A stretch of 64,000 nucleotides of DNA from Eledone cirrhosa. Its lineage: Eukaryota. Both the position numbers and the translations under genes were made by a program. Location of the stretch: contig OZ024741.1 in the NCBI GenBank assembly GCA_964016885.1, forward strand, positions 74,152,001 through 74,216,000, read 5' to 3'. This document shows, in pieces, positions 63,510 to 64,000 of this stretch (positions are counted from its first letter, which is position 1; every line of letters begins with the position of its first letter). The notes under the pieces are model-generated. The model worked only from the letters and a program-made list of their open reading frames with translations. It was not told the DNA's origin and did no database searches.

Positions 63510-64000
63510 TATGAGAAAATTTTACAGACAACTTCAGTTATTGACGAAAGACACATTATCCTCATAGGTGACCTCAACGGACATGTTGGACAGTAGCAGG
63601 ACAGATTTTCTGGAGTTCATGGTGGTTATGGTTATAACTCAAGAAATGAAGAAGGAGTGAGGCTCCTGAATTTCTGTGATGTATATGAACTAACATAAAT
63701 TTTAGGAAACCAGCCTGTCACCTGATCACATACCAAACAGGCGAGCAAACAAACCAGATGGAGTTCTTACTTGTAAGATGAGATAGACAGACTGTAATAA
63801 ATGCTAAGGCCTTTCCTGGGGAAGAATGTGCCACCCAGCACAAGTTAGTCATTAGTTACATCAGGATAAACACAAGACAGAACAAGATATGGAGGAAAAT
63901 ATGGAGACAGAAGGTTTGGAAGCTACATGACGTTTTTGTTGAATATAGGTTTTAAAAGGCCTTCTGGGATGCATTTAATGGCAGGGGTGACAAGCTAGAT
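63510..64000 (+). mobile_element. RTE LINE endonuclease region relic, continuing off the window
   Basis: IGDLNGHVGQ, GVHGGYGY, RNEEGVRLLNFCD and EECATQHKLV. Homologous to 26580-27080. Confidence 0.9.

Overview
This is AT-rich, microsatellite-dense and transposon-dense animal genomic DNA. The SINE/LINE content is most consistent with a coleoid cephalopod such as octopus (inference). The only host gene found is the 3' half of a type IV diacylglycerol kinase (DGKZ/DGKI/rdgA-like) on the minus strand. I reconstructed 12 coding exons by hand from 54111 to the stop at 15667. All have GT-AG boundaries and consistent phases, giving 1173 nt or 390 aa: end of the accessory domain, linker, ankyrin repeats and the C-terminal ETAV PDZ-binding motif. 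Introns and the downstream region contain RTE, CR1 and CRE LINE relics, a decayed hAT element with intact ends, two mariner relics, a Helitron, piggyBac-like and other MITEs, and many tRNA-derived SINEs. The main leads are: (1) at least four type I hammerhead-ribozyme-like motifs in Penelope-like fold-back relics, one of them sense to the DGK pre-mRNA with a U3-A8 core; (2) inverted SINE dimers bracketing three ankyrin exons that total 258 nt in frame, a circRNA or stop-less ORF candidate; (3) a candidate internal first exon near RFX X-box-like motifs; (4) three independent local duplications of DGK splice sites. None of these leads is verified beyond reading the sequence.
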